Counted from the stretch's first letter, positions 1 to 11,889 are shown. The stretch is 64,000 nt of DNA from Cyanophora paradoxa CCMP329 (GCA_004431415.1 QPMI01000101.1:186001-250000); one strand, 5' to 3'. Numbers and translations are program-made. Notes: generated from the letters alone by a model not told the origin.

Positions 1-829
1 GCTAGAGAGGCAAGGCGGGCGGCCGGGCGAGGCGGGCGGGGTGGCGAGGCGGGTAGGTGGGGTGGCGACGCTGGCGGCGGCGGGCGGGAAAGCGGGATCC
101 GGAGGAGAGACAGGTGGCACCGGGCCCTGCGCGTAGCCTGCGCATGCGCAGAACCGAGGCGTCAGCTCGCCCCGGACAGCGGCCGTGCGGGGGCGGGGCC
201 CAGCGGGGGCGGCCGGGCCATGGCCATGTGCGCAGCAGCAGCGGCGGAGCGAACCTGGAGTCGACGAAGTTGAAGCAGCCGGCAGGGCGGCGGGCGGGGA
301 AGCGGGCGGAGCGGCAGGTGGCGCCGGGCCCTGCACGTAGCCTGCGCATGCGCAGAACCGAGGCGTCAGTTCGCCCCGGACAGCGGCCGTGCGGGGGCGG
401 GGCCCAGCGGGGGCGGCCGGGTCAGATGCGAAGCAGCAGCGGCGGGGCGAACCTGGAGTCGACGAAGCTGAAGCAGCCGGCGGGGCGGCGGGCGAGGAAG
501 CGGGCGGAGCGGCAGGTGGCGCCGGGCCCTGCGCGTAGCCTGCGTGCGCAGGGCCGAGGCGTCAGCTCGCCCCGGACGTCGACAGCGGCGCCGGCGGCGC
601 CGGCGCGGGGCCCAGCGAGGTCGGCCGGGTGACGCGCGCGGCAGCAGCGGCGCCGGCGGGGCGAACCTGGAGTCGACGAAGCTGAAGCAGCGGGCGGGGC
701 GACAGGCAGGGAGCAGCTGCTGAAGCAGCTGGCGCGCGGAGCAGCTGGGAGCAGCGGGCAGGGAAGCAGCCCGGCGCGGCGAACTAGGAGCAGCTGTGAA
801 TACTGCGACGCCGCCACCCGGCCCTCCAC
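1..829 (-). CDS. Pro/Ala/Ser-rich protein built from tandemly duplicated 87-nt exons (partial, runs off the window start; may be degenerate)
   Basis: Minus-strand exons 453-539 and 255-341 (GY[A/V]QGPAPPAAPPAS[S/P]PAA[P/L]PAAS[A/T]SSTP) and a third starting at 137. Each follows CTGAC...GCAG, and the two 87-nt exons end in CCAG|GTTCGC. The upstream exon ends in the same frame at 667. No clear ATG. Confidence 0.45.
111..690. repeat. ~200-bp tandem repeat, about 3 units
   Basis: CAGGTGGC..GGGCCCTGC at 111, 315, 513 and GCGAACCTGGAGTCGACGAAG at 249, 447, 661. Confidence 0.95.
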
Positions 830-1982
830 TACCGTAGTACAGCTAGTACGGAGCGCCGGCCGCGGCCGCCGGTCAAGCCACGCATCCGGTCCGGCCGCGC
901 CGCGGCGGGCCGAGGCGTGCGAGTGGTGATCCGCCCCGTACTTGCGCTTGAAGGGCTTGACATCGCCGAGCTGAAGTCCGCCTGAACTGGATCATTGGCG
1001 GAGTCCGCCTGGAGGGTGGGCGAAACGCCGCGGCCCGGGTGCGCACCGGAGAAGGCGCCCGCTTCTTTCTGCACTCTCTCGAGCTCACGGCGGGTACTGC
1101 AACACGATATCGGCATCCATTCCTTCCCTGCTCGAGTCTCGAAACAATCCAACTCGCAGGAGCGCTTTTTTCCGGCGCCCGGTACAACAGGTACTTGAGG
1201 CGGCCTAGCGCGCCGCACGCCGCTTCTCGAGGCCAGGCATGTATGACAAAGTTTGTAGAGCGCATTGAGAGCAATCAGGAGCACGTGGTCCGGCGCGTAT
1301 AGCAACAGCAGGTGAGGCGCGACCTCAACATGTTTGCGCAGCCCCGCCCTTGCATTTTTTTTCGCCGCTCGCAGCGGCTACGATGCGATCACACCTATAC
1401 GAGAGCGCATGCAAAGAATCGCATCTTACAAAAATTGCTGACACAGAAAGTACGCCGCACCAACTCACCAGGGGAGCAAGGGAGGGGGTACCCCCCCTTG
1501 CAACAAAATTCTGTCAATACGTCTCGCTGCACAAAGAACGTATCGCACGCCCCGCAAACACGCTCAGCGGCTTAAAAGGTGGAGACGACTCATATCTCCA
1601 GACGTTTTTCTCAAAAGTTGAAAACATGCCGTCGAAGTGCGATTCCGGCTTCCAAAACTGCATGCATATGACTCATGATCAGCTGCAGTGATCACTCGAG
1701 CTCAGTGACTAAGAACATCTGATCGCGAATGTGTACGTAGCTCAGCACGACGCTCAATTGCAATACAGAATTCGAAGAGCGGGGGGCTCCGATATCGGTG
1801 TTCGCGAGTCCAATGAGGATGTAGTTGATGCCCGACATCATCAAAGTCGCCCCCGCGCGCCAGGAAAGGAGCGCGGACATCGATCGCGAGGGAGGGGTAC
1901 AACCAGACATTAAAGGTGGGTACAAGGCAAAACTCAACTCGGAACAAGTTTGTGGAGCTCTAGCTCATGATCAAGCTCGCTC

Positions 1983-2019
1983 AGCTGTACCTCAAGCTCG
2001 CTGAGCTTGAGGTACAGCT
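1983..2019. repeat. perfect 17-bp inverted repeat with 3-nt loop
   Basis: AGCTGTACCTCAAGCTC-gct-GAGCTTGAGGTACAGCT, overlapping the palindrome AGCTTTAGCTAAAGCT (2016-2031). Confidence 0.95.
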
Positions 2020-2430
2020 TTAGCTAAAGCTCAAGGCAGAGCCCATCAAGCTTCGTGGCTCAATTGCAAGCTGCAGCTTCGTGGCTCAAGCGACAACGTT
2101 ATAATTAACGGCTTGCGCCGAGCTTTTGGCCGCAGGCCACCAAGTTATGCATTGAACGAGCTAGCGCTCCGGCGCGCGACAAGCCCCCGCTACGCTGTAA
2201 AGCCTGTACATGTAGCTGTCGGACGTCCCGGTGTCCTGTACCCAGCCAGTCGACGTCAAGATCCGCGCGCGATCGATATCTGCTCCAGGTTCGTTGCAGG
2301 GCTCTGCGTACGCGTGGCGAGGGGTTAGGGCTCTGCTCACCCTACCCAAAGCCGCTTGATCGGCATTCGCACCTTGATCCTTGCCCGCCTTCGAACAGTG
2401 CAACCGACCGGCCAGCTGGCCTCGGCAGCC

Positions 2431-3071
2431 ATGCACCCTCCGCTCATTCCGGCGCCGATCCGTCACCTCTCTGAGCACACGGCACTGACCGGGAACACGA
2501 CGGCCGCGGCGCCGAAGCCAAGAAGAACCTTTCGCGCGAGCTTCCTCATCCCGGCGCCCGTCCGCAGCCTCAGCGAGATGACCATCCAACGGCGCGCCGG
2601 CGCCAAGGCGGCCGCGGCCGAGGCCCCCGCTGTGTACGCCTGCCTCGACGGAGACGCAGAAGCCCACCCGGTGCCCCGCCGCCTTGAGCTCACCCGTCTC
2701 GCGGCCGCCGCGAGCTCCTTTCATTTAACGCTCTCGCTTGCATGCGCAGGCGAACGGCATCCAGGCGATGATACGCCGCCCCGAGAGCATCGTCGCTGCA
2801 GTGGGCCCAGTCGCCGTGCTCGCCGCTATGCTGATCCTGTTCGACGGTGCGCACATGCGCGCTGCCCCGCACGGCCCAACCAGCGCCCCTGAAGCCAGGG
2901 CACGCGCCCCCGGCAGACCACCACGGCCGCCGGCCGGGTTCCTCTCGCCACCTCCGTCGCTACCCTGGTTCGCGCCCCCGGCCCCCATCCCCTTCGAATT
3001 CCCGGCGCGCCCGGGCCCGGCCCGGCCTGCGGCTGTGCCCTCGTTTCCTGACTAGCCGCTTTCCCGCTTGA
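2431..3071 (+). CDS. small hypothetical protein with duplicated LIPAPxRxLSE motif and one hydrophobic helix (3 exons)
   Basis: ATG at 2431, GTGCCC..GCGCAG and GTGCGC..GGCAG introns, motif copies at 2443 and 2545 differ mainly at synonymous sites, hydrophobic IVAAVGPVAVLAAMLILF. Confidence 0.5.
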
Positions 3072-3788
3072 CTGGCCGAAGGCTTCTAGAGATCGAGGCC
3101 GCGACTCTGGTCGTAAGGCTGGGGTCCTGGTCTCAGCTTCGCCGCTCCACTGTTTTTGTTGCCGTCCGCGAGGGTCTCCGATCGATATCCGATTTTTCTG
3201 CGCATGCAGTCCGATTTTTCCGATATATAGCCGATTAGCGTGTACAGCTAGCTATAGCACTGCGATCTGGATTTAATTTCTTTCGTTAACGATGATCTCG
3301 TCCGATCGCGAGTCTTTCGAGCCTTGGTGGCGCATGCGCACTAAGTTGTACGCCACGAGGCTGTGTTTACGCATTTGAGCTTCGAGTTTTTCGCTACCAA
3401 TTCGTTGAAGCTGTACACGTATATACGTCATGTATAGTAGCTTAAAGCTTTGGCCTAGTACGTGTATATATATATACTAGTGGAATTTATATTTTTTTCT
3501 TGCAATTGCTCTTGTCACAGTGTGTTCAGCGGACGGTAGGGTAGCGGGGCCGCCCTAGGCCTGCTCCTCCATCGAAACTTACAATTAAACATGACACGGC
3601 TCGTCAGCCTGGCAGGCATCGGTTGCAGTACAGGTACAGGGCAAGGCGTTCTAGATCTCAAAGTTGGTCTCGTGAACGCTGCCGCAGTGCAGCAGCTTGC
3701 AGGTGTTGCGAATCTTCTCAAATTTGGTGTCAGACTTGTACATGCATATGTTCGCAGTGCGCGGCGGGCCAGGGGCCGAGGAGCTGCC

Positions 3789-4000
3789 TCAAAACCTGAA
3801 GATGCGGCCTGTGATCCCGCCGAGGAGCTGCCGTGCGAACGGGATGTATGAGGCGCAGTACCTGCAGGTACAAACGCAAGCGCTCAGCCGCGAAAGCAGA
3901 GGGCGGCTGCTGCAGGGGCGGAGGCGGGGGGGGGGGGGGAGGGGGTAGAGGGGAAGGGGGCGGGGAGGAGGGGGGTGGGGGTGGGGGTGGGGGTGGGGGG

Positions 4001-4031
<31 letters not shown>

Positions 4032-4784
4032 GGGGGTTGCACCAGACGAGGGCGCCGATCTGGACGATGATGAGCACGAAAACTATGATCGCAGGGGCGT
4101 GCTGCGGCAGAGAAGCGGGGTCAGCCGGCAGCGTCCGACGGGGCGGGGGGCGCAGAAGAGCCGCGCGCGCACTGCAAATGCGGCCCAAAGGGTGAGGACC
4201 ATGGCCCCGACGTAGATCGCGGTGGCGCCGGCGCGGTTCGGGCTGACCATGTTTTTGATCTGCTTCACGGGGCCGATGAGGAAGGCCGTGCTGCGGCGAG
4301 CGCGCTTGTAAGAGCGGTGAATGGGGCAAAGGATCGCCCGCGTGGATGCAGCGCCGGCACCTGCCGAGCGAAAGGATGTTTCCGAGAGTGTACGGGATTG
4401 CGAAGCGCTCCGGCCGGCCAAGGACGATGGACGAGAGAGCGAAGAGCGACTGCCGAACGCGGCTTCAGCGTACGCGCGTTTGCCCGCGGCCGAGTGGAAG
4501 CCAACTTGCAAGCGGCATTCTCGAGCAGCTGAGAGTCCAGGACGGCGCACCAAGAAGGTCATCAACGCGCCGGCGAGGAAGCACGCGACGAAACCCGTCA
4601 GCCGCTGCCACGTCAGTCAGCGAGCGCCAGAGTGACGCCAGCGAAGCACGCCCGAAGCGCGCACCTCCGTCCTTGACAGCGTTGGGCAGCAGTTCTCGGA
4701 TAGTTCGTCCCACATGCTCTGCGGCTCAGGCTGCTGGCTCTCGAGCCCCACCATTCTTCGCGCGTTCGCCAGAAGCTGAGACAT
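3789..4784 (-). CDS. SFT2: SFT2/Got1-family vesicle transport protein
   Basis: Spliced exons give CPTLSRTE|RLTGFVACFLAG, PERFAIPYTLGNILSLG|STAFLIGPVKQIKNM, QIGALVW|YCASYIPFAR, the SFT2 signature pattern. Confidence 0.88.
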
Positions 4785-5032
4785 CTGAATGCTTGGAGCC
4801 GCCACGGGACGACGCAGTTAACGAGACGAGACGCGTCGTGCTGTGCTGCAAGAGTAGCTAGAAACAGCCGTTTGAAGGACGGCAGCTCAGCAGCAGCTCA
4901 GCAGCAGCAGCAGCGGCAACAGGCTGAGCAGCAGCAGCTGAGGCTGCTGAGCAGCTTGGGGGGTACGACGCAACTAGCGATGGCCCGACGCTGTTAACGT
5001 TAGCTAGAAGGCAGCGAAGCACGCGGGGGTGA

Positions 5033-5885
5033 ATGTGGTGTCTAGGGAGATGCTTCGGCGGCGAAGGCGAGATCAGGACACCGCGCGCCGCACGTGGCGA
5101 CCCAGCGGGCGAGCAGCAGGAGCAGGAGCGCCAGATCTCTCGTGCTCAATACACATTGCCAAAGCGCGCGGGCCAGCGCGAAAGTGGCGCGTGGACGACC
5201 TTCCGCCTACTGAGCGATGATATCGATGTCGCGGCAAGCCGCGGGCGCGAGCGCCCGAAGCCTAGATCTAGAAGACGCGCGCCAGCAGCAGCGGCAGATT
5301 CAAAGGAGGGCGCGCAGCCGGGCTCCGTCGTCGGAGGCGGCGCCAACATTTCCCCGCGAAACGGCCAGAGAGCTGGCGGTACCGATCACGTGCACCTTCA
5401 AGGTACTAAGAGCTGAAAGCGTTCCCGACCTCCCGGCCCGGCCCGGGCCCGGATTCCCGGCTCAAGTTCCCTGTCGACATAGAGCAGCTTCGAGCTGTGC
5501 AGTGTGCACGTTTGACGCCCGTGTCCCGCTCTTCCCAGGTGGAGGATCGGGACGAGGAGCGCCAGCGTATCCGCGTCGCCCGGGCCCGCCGCCGATGGGG
5601 GACCGCTCGGCATCCGCCGGGAGCTCGAGCGCAGACGAAAGCGGCGCGGAGCCGTCCCACATGGAGCCGGATAGCGCGAGGGTGCGAATGCGGCCGAGCA
5701 CGCCCGGCGGGAGCAAGCCGACGACGGAGGGAGTCGATTTGGAGGTCGGGAGCGACGATGAGACAGGCCTGGAGGTGCAGCTGGGCGCCGCCGCGATCCC
5801 GCGAAAGCAGCAGAGCAGGCGTCCCTCCGTCGTCCCGATCCTCCGCCTCGAAGCCGTCGTCGCCGGCTCGACGGTCGCGTCCTAG
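5033..5885 (+). CDS. hypothetical low-complexity protein
   Basis: ATG divergent from SFT2, plausible GT-AG intron (5403-5538), protein-like acidic C-terminal ORF. Frame continuity not resolved and no homology recognised. Confidence 0.3.
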
Positions 5886-6684
5886 CGCGCTGCCGGGCCC
5901 TGCGGCGCGCTTCTCTTTCATGTCTCTGCCATCGGAGCCGGAGGGAGCGCGATCGGCGTGCTTGTTGACGTCGCGGCGCCGCCATCCCGGCAGGCTGGCG
6001 GCAGCCCGGCAGCTGCCGCACCAACAGGCGAAGTCGAGCTTCCAAATTTCTTTATTGTACAGATCTAGATACCGTACCGTCGTGAGATGTAAGTGCCTGT
6101 GAAGTACGTTTACAAACAACACCGTAGTGCAGTTGAAGATCATCGGATCTAGCCTAGTAGAGCTCTTATCATAGTATGCGTGATAGTGATCAGCTGCAGA
6201 TGTTCAACGCCCGATTTCATTCAAGGCCACGTGAACCTCTGGCCCAGTCGTATACTAGTATACTTACGTCGCCACGCCACGCTAGTAGTTTTTTTAGGCC
6301 CTATGCTCACATCGATATTGATCGATATCGATATATATCATCGACTTCGCCATTCTGTTCTACTTTTTCCGGCCCCGCCCCGGGACCGTCGGACGCGCCG
6401 CGATTCGAATTCAGCGGTTGGCCGAATCTCAGAGTCTTGACATGCATATGCTTTAAATTTGCCAGTTAACGTTGCGATCGCTTCAATCCAGTTCTGTACA
6501 TGTTAGCCTAGTAGTAGACATACGGATGCTTGCATATGCGATAACGTTATCTACGTTAATTAACTTGTGTAAGTACTTGTTTTTGCGCATGCGTGAAACC
6601 CCATTCAAAGTTCGCATTATTCAAATCAGCATCGGGAAAACACGGGTAGAGACTGCCTGTGAAGAGTGCGGGAGGGTGCCGGCG

Positions 6685-9424
6685 CTAGCGGACGTGGGCC
6701 GGACCGGAGCGGGGGCCCGGGGCGGCGCCGGCGCGGAACTTGGTGCCCTGCGGGGGCGCCGCGTACTTGGCCCCGAGGCGCTTGTACACGTCCTGGACGC
6801 GGCGCTTCGCCTCCTCGCCCTGCCGCGCCGCCGGCGGGGGCGGGGAGGCGGGGGCGGGGCCGTGGAGGGAGCGGGCGGTGGAGGGGGCGGAGAGAGGCGG
6901 GGAGGAGGGGGCCAGGGAGCCCTGCGCGAAGGCGAAGGTCGCTTCCGGGGGGGAGGATGGGAGGATGGGCGGGCTCCCCGGCCCCGCCCCGGGCCTCCCC
7001 TGCGGGGGCGAGGCCGGCGCAGGCGCCCCCCACGCCTCCCCCGCCGCCCCCGCGGCCGGCTCCTCGGGCGGCTCCTGTACCCCTCCGCCGGCGTCGAAGT
7101 ACCCCTCTTCCTCGTCGCCTTCGGGGATGGAATCGGGGGCCGGGGCGCCGCGGAGGGCGGGGAGCTGGGGGGAGGGCGGGAGGGCGGCGGGGGCGCGGTC
7201 GGGGCTGCCGGGCGCCGGGGCCGGCGGGGCCGGGGGCGGGTCGCGGTCACCGTCCTCGGGGGCTGCCCCGGGCTCGGAGTCAGACTCGAGGAGCTGGGAG
7301 GTTACGCGGGCCGCTTCGCGCGACACGGCCGCGAGCTTCGTGTGCACGTATCTAGCGCCGCGCGCCCCCATCAAGCAGAGCGACGCCTAGGACCCGCCCC
7401 GGGCGGGCACCACGCACTCGCTGTAGTCGCTGTAGTGCGCGGCGGGGCGCAGGAGGACGTCCCCGGGGACAGCGACCGTGTTCGCCCGCCGCACCGCCCC
7501 GGGCCGCCGCCCCGCCGCCGGGAGCGTCCGTGGGGAGGCCATCACGCCCCGCGGCGAGGCGCCGACCCCGGCGCCCCCGTCCGGCGGGGCCAGCCCGCCC
7601 TCCCGGGGGGCGGCGTGGGTCCCGCGGGGGAGTCGGGGCGCGGGCTGGCGGCGGGGTCGGGGCGCGGGCCGGCGCGGGGCCTGGGGAGGGCGCGGGAGGC
7701 GGGGCGGCCCTCGGGGCTGCCGTAGCGCCCGGAGGCGCGGGGGGAGGGGAGGGCGTCGGGCTTGCGGGGGGAGAGGGGCGAGCCGCCGCCCTCGAAGCCC
7801 GAGCTCATGTTCATGTGCGGGGGCGCCAGCGCCGTGCCGGCGACCACCGCCGGGGGGTAGTAGTAGAAGCCCGGGCGCATGGCGGGCGCCGGGGGCGGGG
7901 CGGCGTAGGAGTAGAGGGAGGGCGGGGCGCCGCGGGAGCTGACGCCGTAGTCGCGCTGCGGCTGCCACTGGCGCCGCGGGGCGTCGGCCTCGTCGAGCTC
8001 CCCCTCCGAGCGCCGCCCGCTCCGGCCCTTCTTCTTCCCCTTGCTCCGCCGCCGCCGCCGCCGCCCCCCGCTCCCCGCCGACTCGCCCCCATCCGACTCC
8101 CCCCGCCGCCCCTCCGGCGAGCCGCCGAGCTCGCCGGGCGCCGGCACCTCGGCGGCCTCCTCCTCGGCGGCGGCGGCCCGCCGGGAGGGGCTCCGGCCCG
8201 CCCGCACCTCCTTCTGCAGCGCGTCCATCGCCGCCGTCAGCGCCTGCGCTGCGTCAGAGGGCGGCCTGCTCTGGGCGGGCGCCCGGGGCGCACGCGGATG
8301 TCGGAGGCCCCCGCGGCGCCCTTCTCCTTGTCCAGCATCGACCGCTCCACCCGATCGACGCCCGCCTGCGAACGAAGCGCGTCGGGGGCGAGGGGGGGAA
8401 AGGGAGAGGGGGGTACCATGGCGGCGCGGAAGCGGTCCTCGAGGAGGCCGCGGAGGTCGGAGGCGAGGGCGTCGAAGGCGGCCTCGCGGGCGCGCGGGCC
8501 CGCCCCGCGCTTCTCGTCCTGCGCCTCGCACCGCAGGTACAGCACCGCCGCCAGCGCCAGCAGCTGCGCGAGATGGTCAGCCGAGCTGAGCTTACGAGCT
8601 GCGCCACTTAGAGACAGTAAGCTAGTAACGCTGAGACGAGCTTGGCTTCGATGGTTTGAGGCACCGTCAAGGTGCGCCGAGCTTCTAAGAGATCTGGGGG
8701 GAGGGTGAAAGGCGCACGCTGGCGATCCACTCGACGACGACGAGGGAGACGAGGCGGTAGACGTTGTCCTCGGCCAGCTCGAAGCGCGCGCTCAGGTTCG
8801 GGAACGAGTCGTTCAGGTCCGACACCCACGCCCGCCAGTTGTCGCTGCGCTCCCTGTTGGGGCGAGGGAGGGGGGAGAAGGATCAAAGGGATAGGAACAG
8901 CGCACTTGAAGTAGAAGGAGAGGCCGAAGTGGACGGTCGTCAGCGTAAAGGCGACCAGCCCGAGGGCGATCGACTGCGTGCGGCCCCGCAGCGCCCCGTG
9001 AGCGCGGGACGCGTAGCATCGAGCCTAGCAAGCGAACGCACCACGGCGCGGTGGGTCACGCTGCTGACCGCCGTCGCAATCCAGACCAGCGCGTGGATCG
9101 AGAAGATCGAGTTGAGCGGGGAGACCGTGAAGACGAGCGAGAGGAAGGAAGGCAGCCCGAGCCATGCCGACTGGGAGTAGAAACGACCGAAAACGCCGAT
9201 TACAGCTAAGCTGAGACCCTGCGAGACCGGACCGGTGTCAGACCGCGATTCGCCGATGCGCGCCGTGCGCGGAGCCGGACCAGGTTCGCGACATTTATGA
9301 ACGCAAGGATAATGCGGTAGTTGGTGTTGCTAATCGTTCGAACGCTGGAGAGGGTCGCTGGATTCACGAGGACGGCCGGGCCGCCGCCGCCCCCGCCCTT
9401 TCTCTTCTTCTTGAAGAGTCCCAT
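6685..9424 (-). CDS. hypothetical multi-pass membrane protein with long disordered C-terminus
   Basis: MGLFKKKRKG start, several hydrophobic exons (YRIILAFINVANL; LSLVFTVSPLNSIFSIHALVWIATAV; SIALGLVAFTLTTVHFGLSFYF; LAQLLALAAVLYL), then coiled-coil and low-complexity exons with GT-AG introns. Confidence 0.55.
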
Positions 9425-9764
9425 GGCGCCCGCCGGGCCAGCTGGGACCACTGCTAAGCTGGACCTGGCCTCGCCGAGGCTGCCGGAGGCCTGCAGCTGC
9501 GCTGCTGCAACGACTTGTTTTTCTTTGGGGGTACAAGTTGAGGGGAAACCGTCCTTGACAAGGCGGCCTTGACCGGAGGTCGTCCTTGGTCGGCTTGCTT
9601 ATAGCTAGCTTATAGCTCGCGTCAGGCAGCATCGGCAGCCCCGCCAGCTTGGCATCGGCACTTGTGGTTCCGCGGGGCCGCACGGCCGCTGAGCACCGCG
9701 CGGCAGCGCCTGAACGTCCCACCCGGCGTCTTCATCCAGGCCTCAGTTCGCCTCCAGTCGAGCG

Positions 9765-11061
9765 ATGCGGCCGCCAGACGACGAGCGGCTCGCGCCGGCG
9801 GATGAGGAGGACCCAATTGAACCCCTGGGAATTACGTTAGTCGAGGGAGCGCCCCAGCCGCCGTCCGTTTTCCGTACGCGCCCTCTGTGGCTGCCCGCAG
9901 CGCCCCGCCCGCCTCCGAGCTCACGCTGCCGCACACAGGCGGGCTTGTCAAGTTCTTCTTCCGCAAGGTGCTTCCTTCCTGCCTTCTGTGGCGCCGCGCT
10001 CAGGCTCACGCGTGCCTCCTGCAGGCGGTCGATCTCTTCCCCGGCGAGAGCGCTAAGGCCCGGTCCGTGTCAGCGCGCTGCACGCTTTCCGGGACGGTTA
10101 GAGGGGACACCGCCCGCTTCGGCGGGCACGCCTAGTGCTCTCCGCTGACCTTGCACTTTAAAAATTCACCTTCACCATGCGTTCTTTTTGGTGACGATGC
10201 CCATTCTCTTTTTGGGTGGCAGGTTCATCATTTCCTTCTTTCTGGTGACCACGCTAGCCGGGTGCGCGCGATCGCGAGCGCCCTGCCGGCTTTCGCGCGC
10301 CCTCCAGTTCGAATTCCGGCGCTCGCAGCTTCGGCGTGGGCGGCGCTTTCTGGAGCCTCTCGAAGGTGACGGGGAGCGTGACGCAGTACAACGTCGGCCT
10401 CTCTGGCCTTATCATCGGCTCCTTCTCCGTCTTCTCCCTCGTCGTCTTCGCGTGGCACTTCCGCAACGCCGGCGACCCCTTCGCCGATTCGTCGTACCCC
10501 GCGCCGAAGCGCAAGCGGAAGAAGAAGAAGCGGATGTCGGCGGACGGCGGCGGGGGCGGGGCGGGGGAGGTGGAGGGCAACTGGACGCCCGAGCTCGAGG
10601 GCGACGAGGAGAACCGCCCCAGCGCCCTCGAGATCGCCAACTTCGCCCGCTACCTCGGCATGGTCCGCCGCGCCCCCCGCGAGCGCTCGTGCACGCCTCA
10701 CGGGGGCGCAGGACCCCGTGCTGGACGCCGAGCTGCTCTGGATCGCGGAGGAGGCGCTCGTCGCGCCCCTGCCCGACGGCTGGGGGGAGTACTACGACCC
10801 CGACGGCTTCCCCTACTACTGGAACGCCGAGACGCTCGAGAGCCAGTGGCAGCACCCCCTCGACGACTACTACCGGGACCTGTGCGCGCGGAGCCCGGGG
10901 CGAGGCGGGGGAACGGGTTTGTGCGTGCCGCTGAGGGCCCGGGGCGGGGGTACGCCGCAGGTACCGGAAGGCGCGGAGCAAGCGGGACCAGGCGAGCCTG
11001 CGGCAGGCCGCCGACGCCGAGCGCGACTCCCGCAGGCGCACCAACGCCACCGCCGCGCAAC

Positions 11062-11092
<31 letters not shown>

Positions 11093-11589
11093 AGGCGCGG
11101 CGCCCGGGGCCGGCCCCAGGGCGGGCGGGAGGCCGGCGGGCCGCTGAGCATGGCGAGCGTCCGGTCGACGCGCACGGGGCCGCGGCGGGGGGCGGGGGCG
11201 GGGGCGGGGCGGGGGCGGGGCCGGGGGCCGAGGCGGGGCCCTCCTCTCTCGCGGCAATGGCGATGGCTGCCCTCGGGGGAGGAGCGGGCCCCCGAGGCGG
11301 CCCCGGAGGCGGCGGCGCTCCTCCCCGCCCCGGCCCGGGGCCCGCGGGGGCCGCCCGCCCCGCAGGGCCCCGCTGGGCCCGCGCCAAGGGCGCCTCGGCC
11401 AAGCCCGTACCCCCGCGGCGCCCAACCCGCGGAGGGCGGCGGGGCGGCCGGCACCGCCGGCCCCGCGGCCGCCGCCGGCCCCGGGGGCACCCGCGTCGCT
11501 CTCTGACGCAGAGGGCCGCTTCTGACTCTCCCCCTCCTCCCCCGCTTTCCCCCTGGATACGCATTGACAATGGCATCTCGAGTTATTGA
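9765..11589 (+). CDS. membrane protein with CEP164-type N-terminal/WW module (3' end uncertain)
   Basis: PSALEIANFARYLGM|DPVLDAELLWIAEEALVAPLPDGWGEYYDPDGFPYYWNAETLESQWQHPLDDYYRDL matches the CEP164 WW module. Two hydrophobic helices lie upstream. Confidence 0.72.
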
Positions 11590-11889
11590 ATGATTGCACA
11601 TACAAGGGGCCAGGGGCCCCGACTCTCGTGCATCTCACAATTGCAATTGATGCAACTTGAAGCTATCGCTAGCCACGATCTAGGAGCAAACGTCAACTAC
11701 AGGAGGCATCGAACACGATCGCAATAACAACATACCATATTATAGGCTCTCCAATACTAAGATGCAATCTTGAAACAGAAAACGCGACAAGTACCTCATC
11801 TCAAAAAAAGCGGGGCAGGGGAGCGTGGGGCGGCGGGCGGGGCCCCGCCTCTGCGCTCGAGGGCGGTGCGGTTCGGGCGGGGCGGGGGC

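Noticed and set aside
111-690. CRISPR-like array
   Set aside because: Sequences between the conserved blocks are also repeated, there are no unique spacers or cas genes, and the context is eukaryotic.
1692-1937. Minus ORF with LYPPL...AGATLMMSGINYI resembling COX1 (possible NUMT)
   Set aside because: Spacing differs by two residues, the upstream GWT and the SLH motif are missing, and the DNA is not AT-rich like mitochondrial DNA. Probably chance; BLASTX would settle it.
2275-2345. ICSRFVAGLC as the start of a CCCH zinc finger
   Set aside because: No in-frame third Cys or His before a stop, and no convincing splice rescue.
6472-8708. Long Arg/Gly/Pro-rich ORFs in the ORF track (also 27632-29260, 32577-34379, 49244-51523, 61769-63736)
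   Set aside because: Antisense or off-frame shadows of spliced genes, caused by stop-codon scarcity at very high GC.
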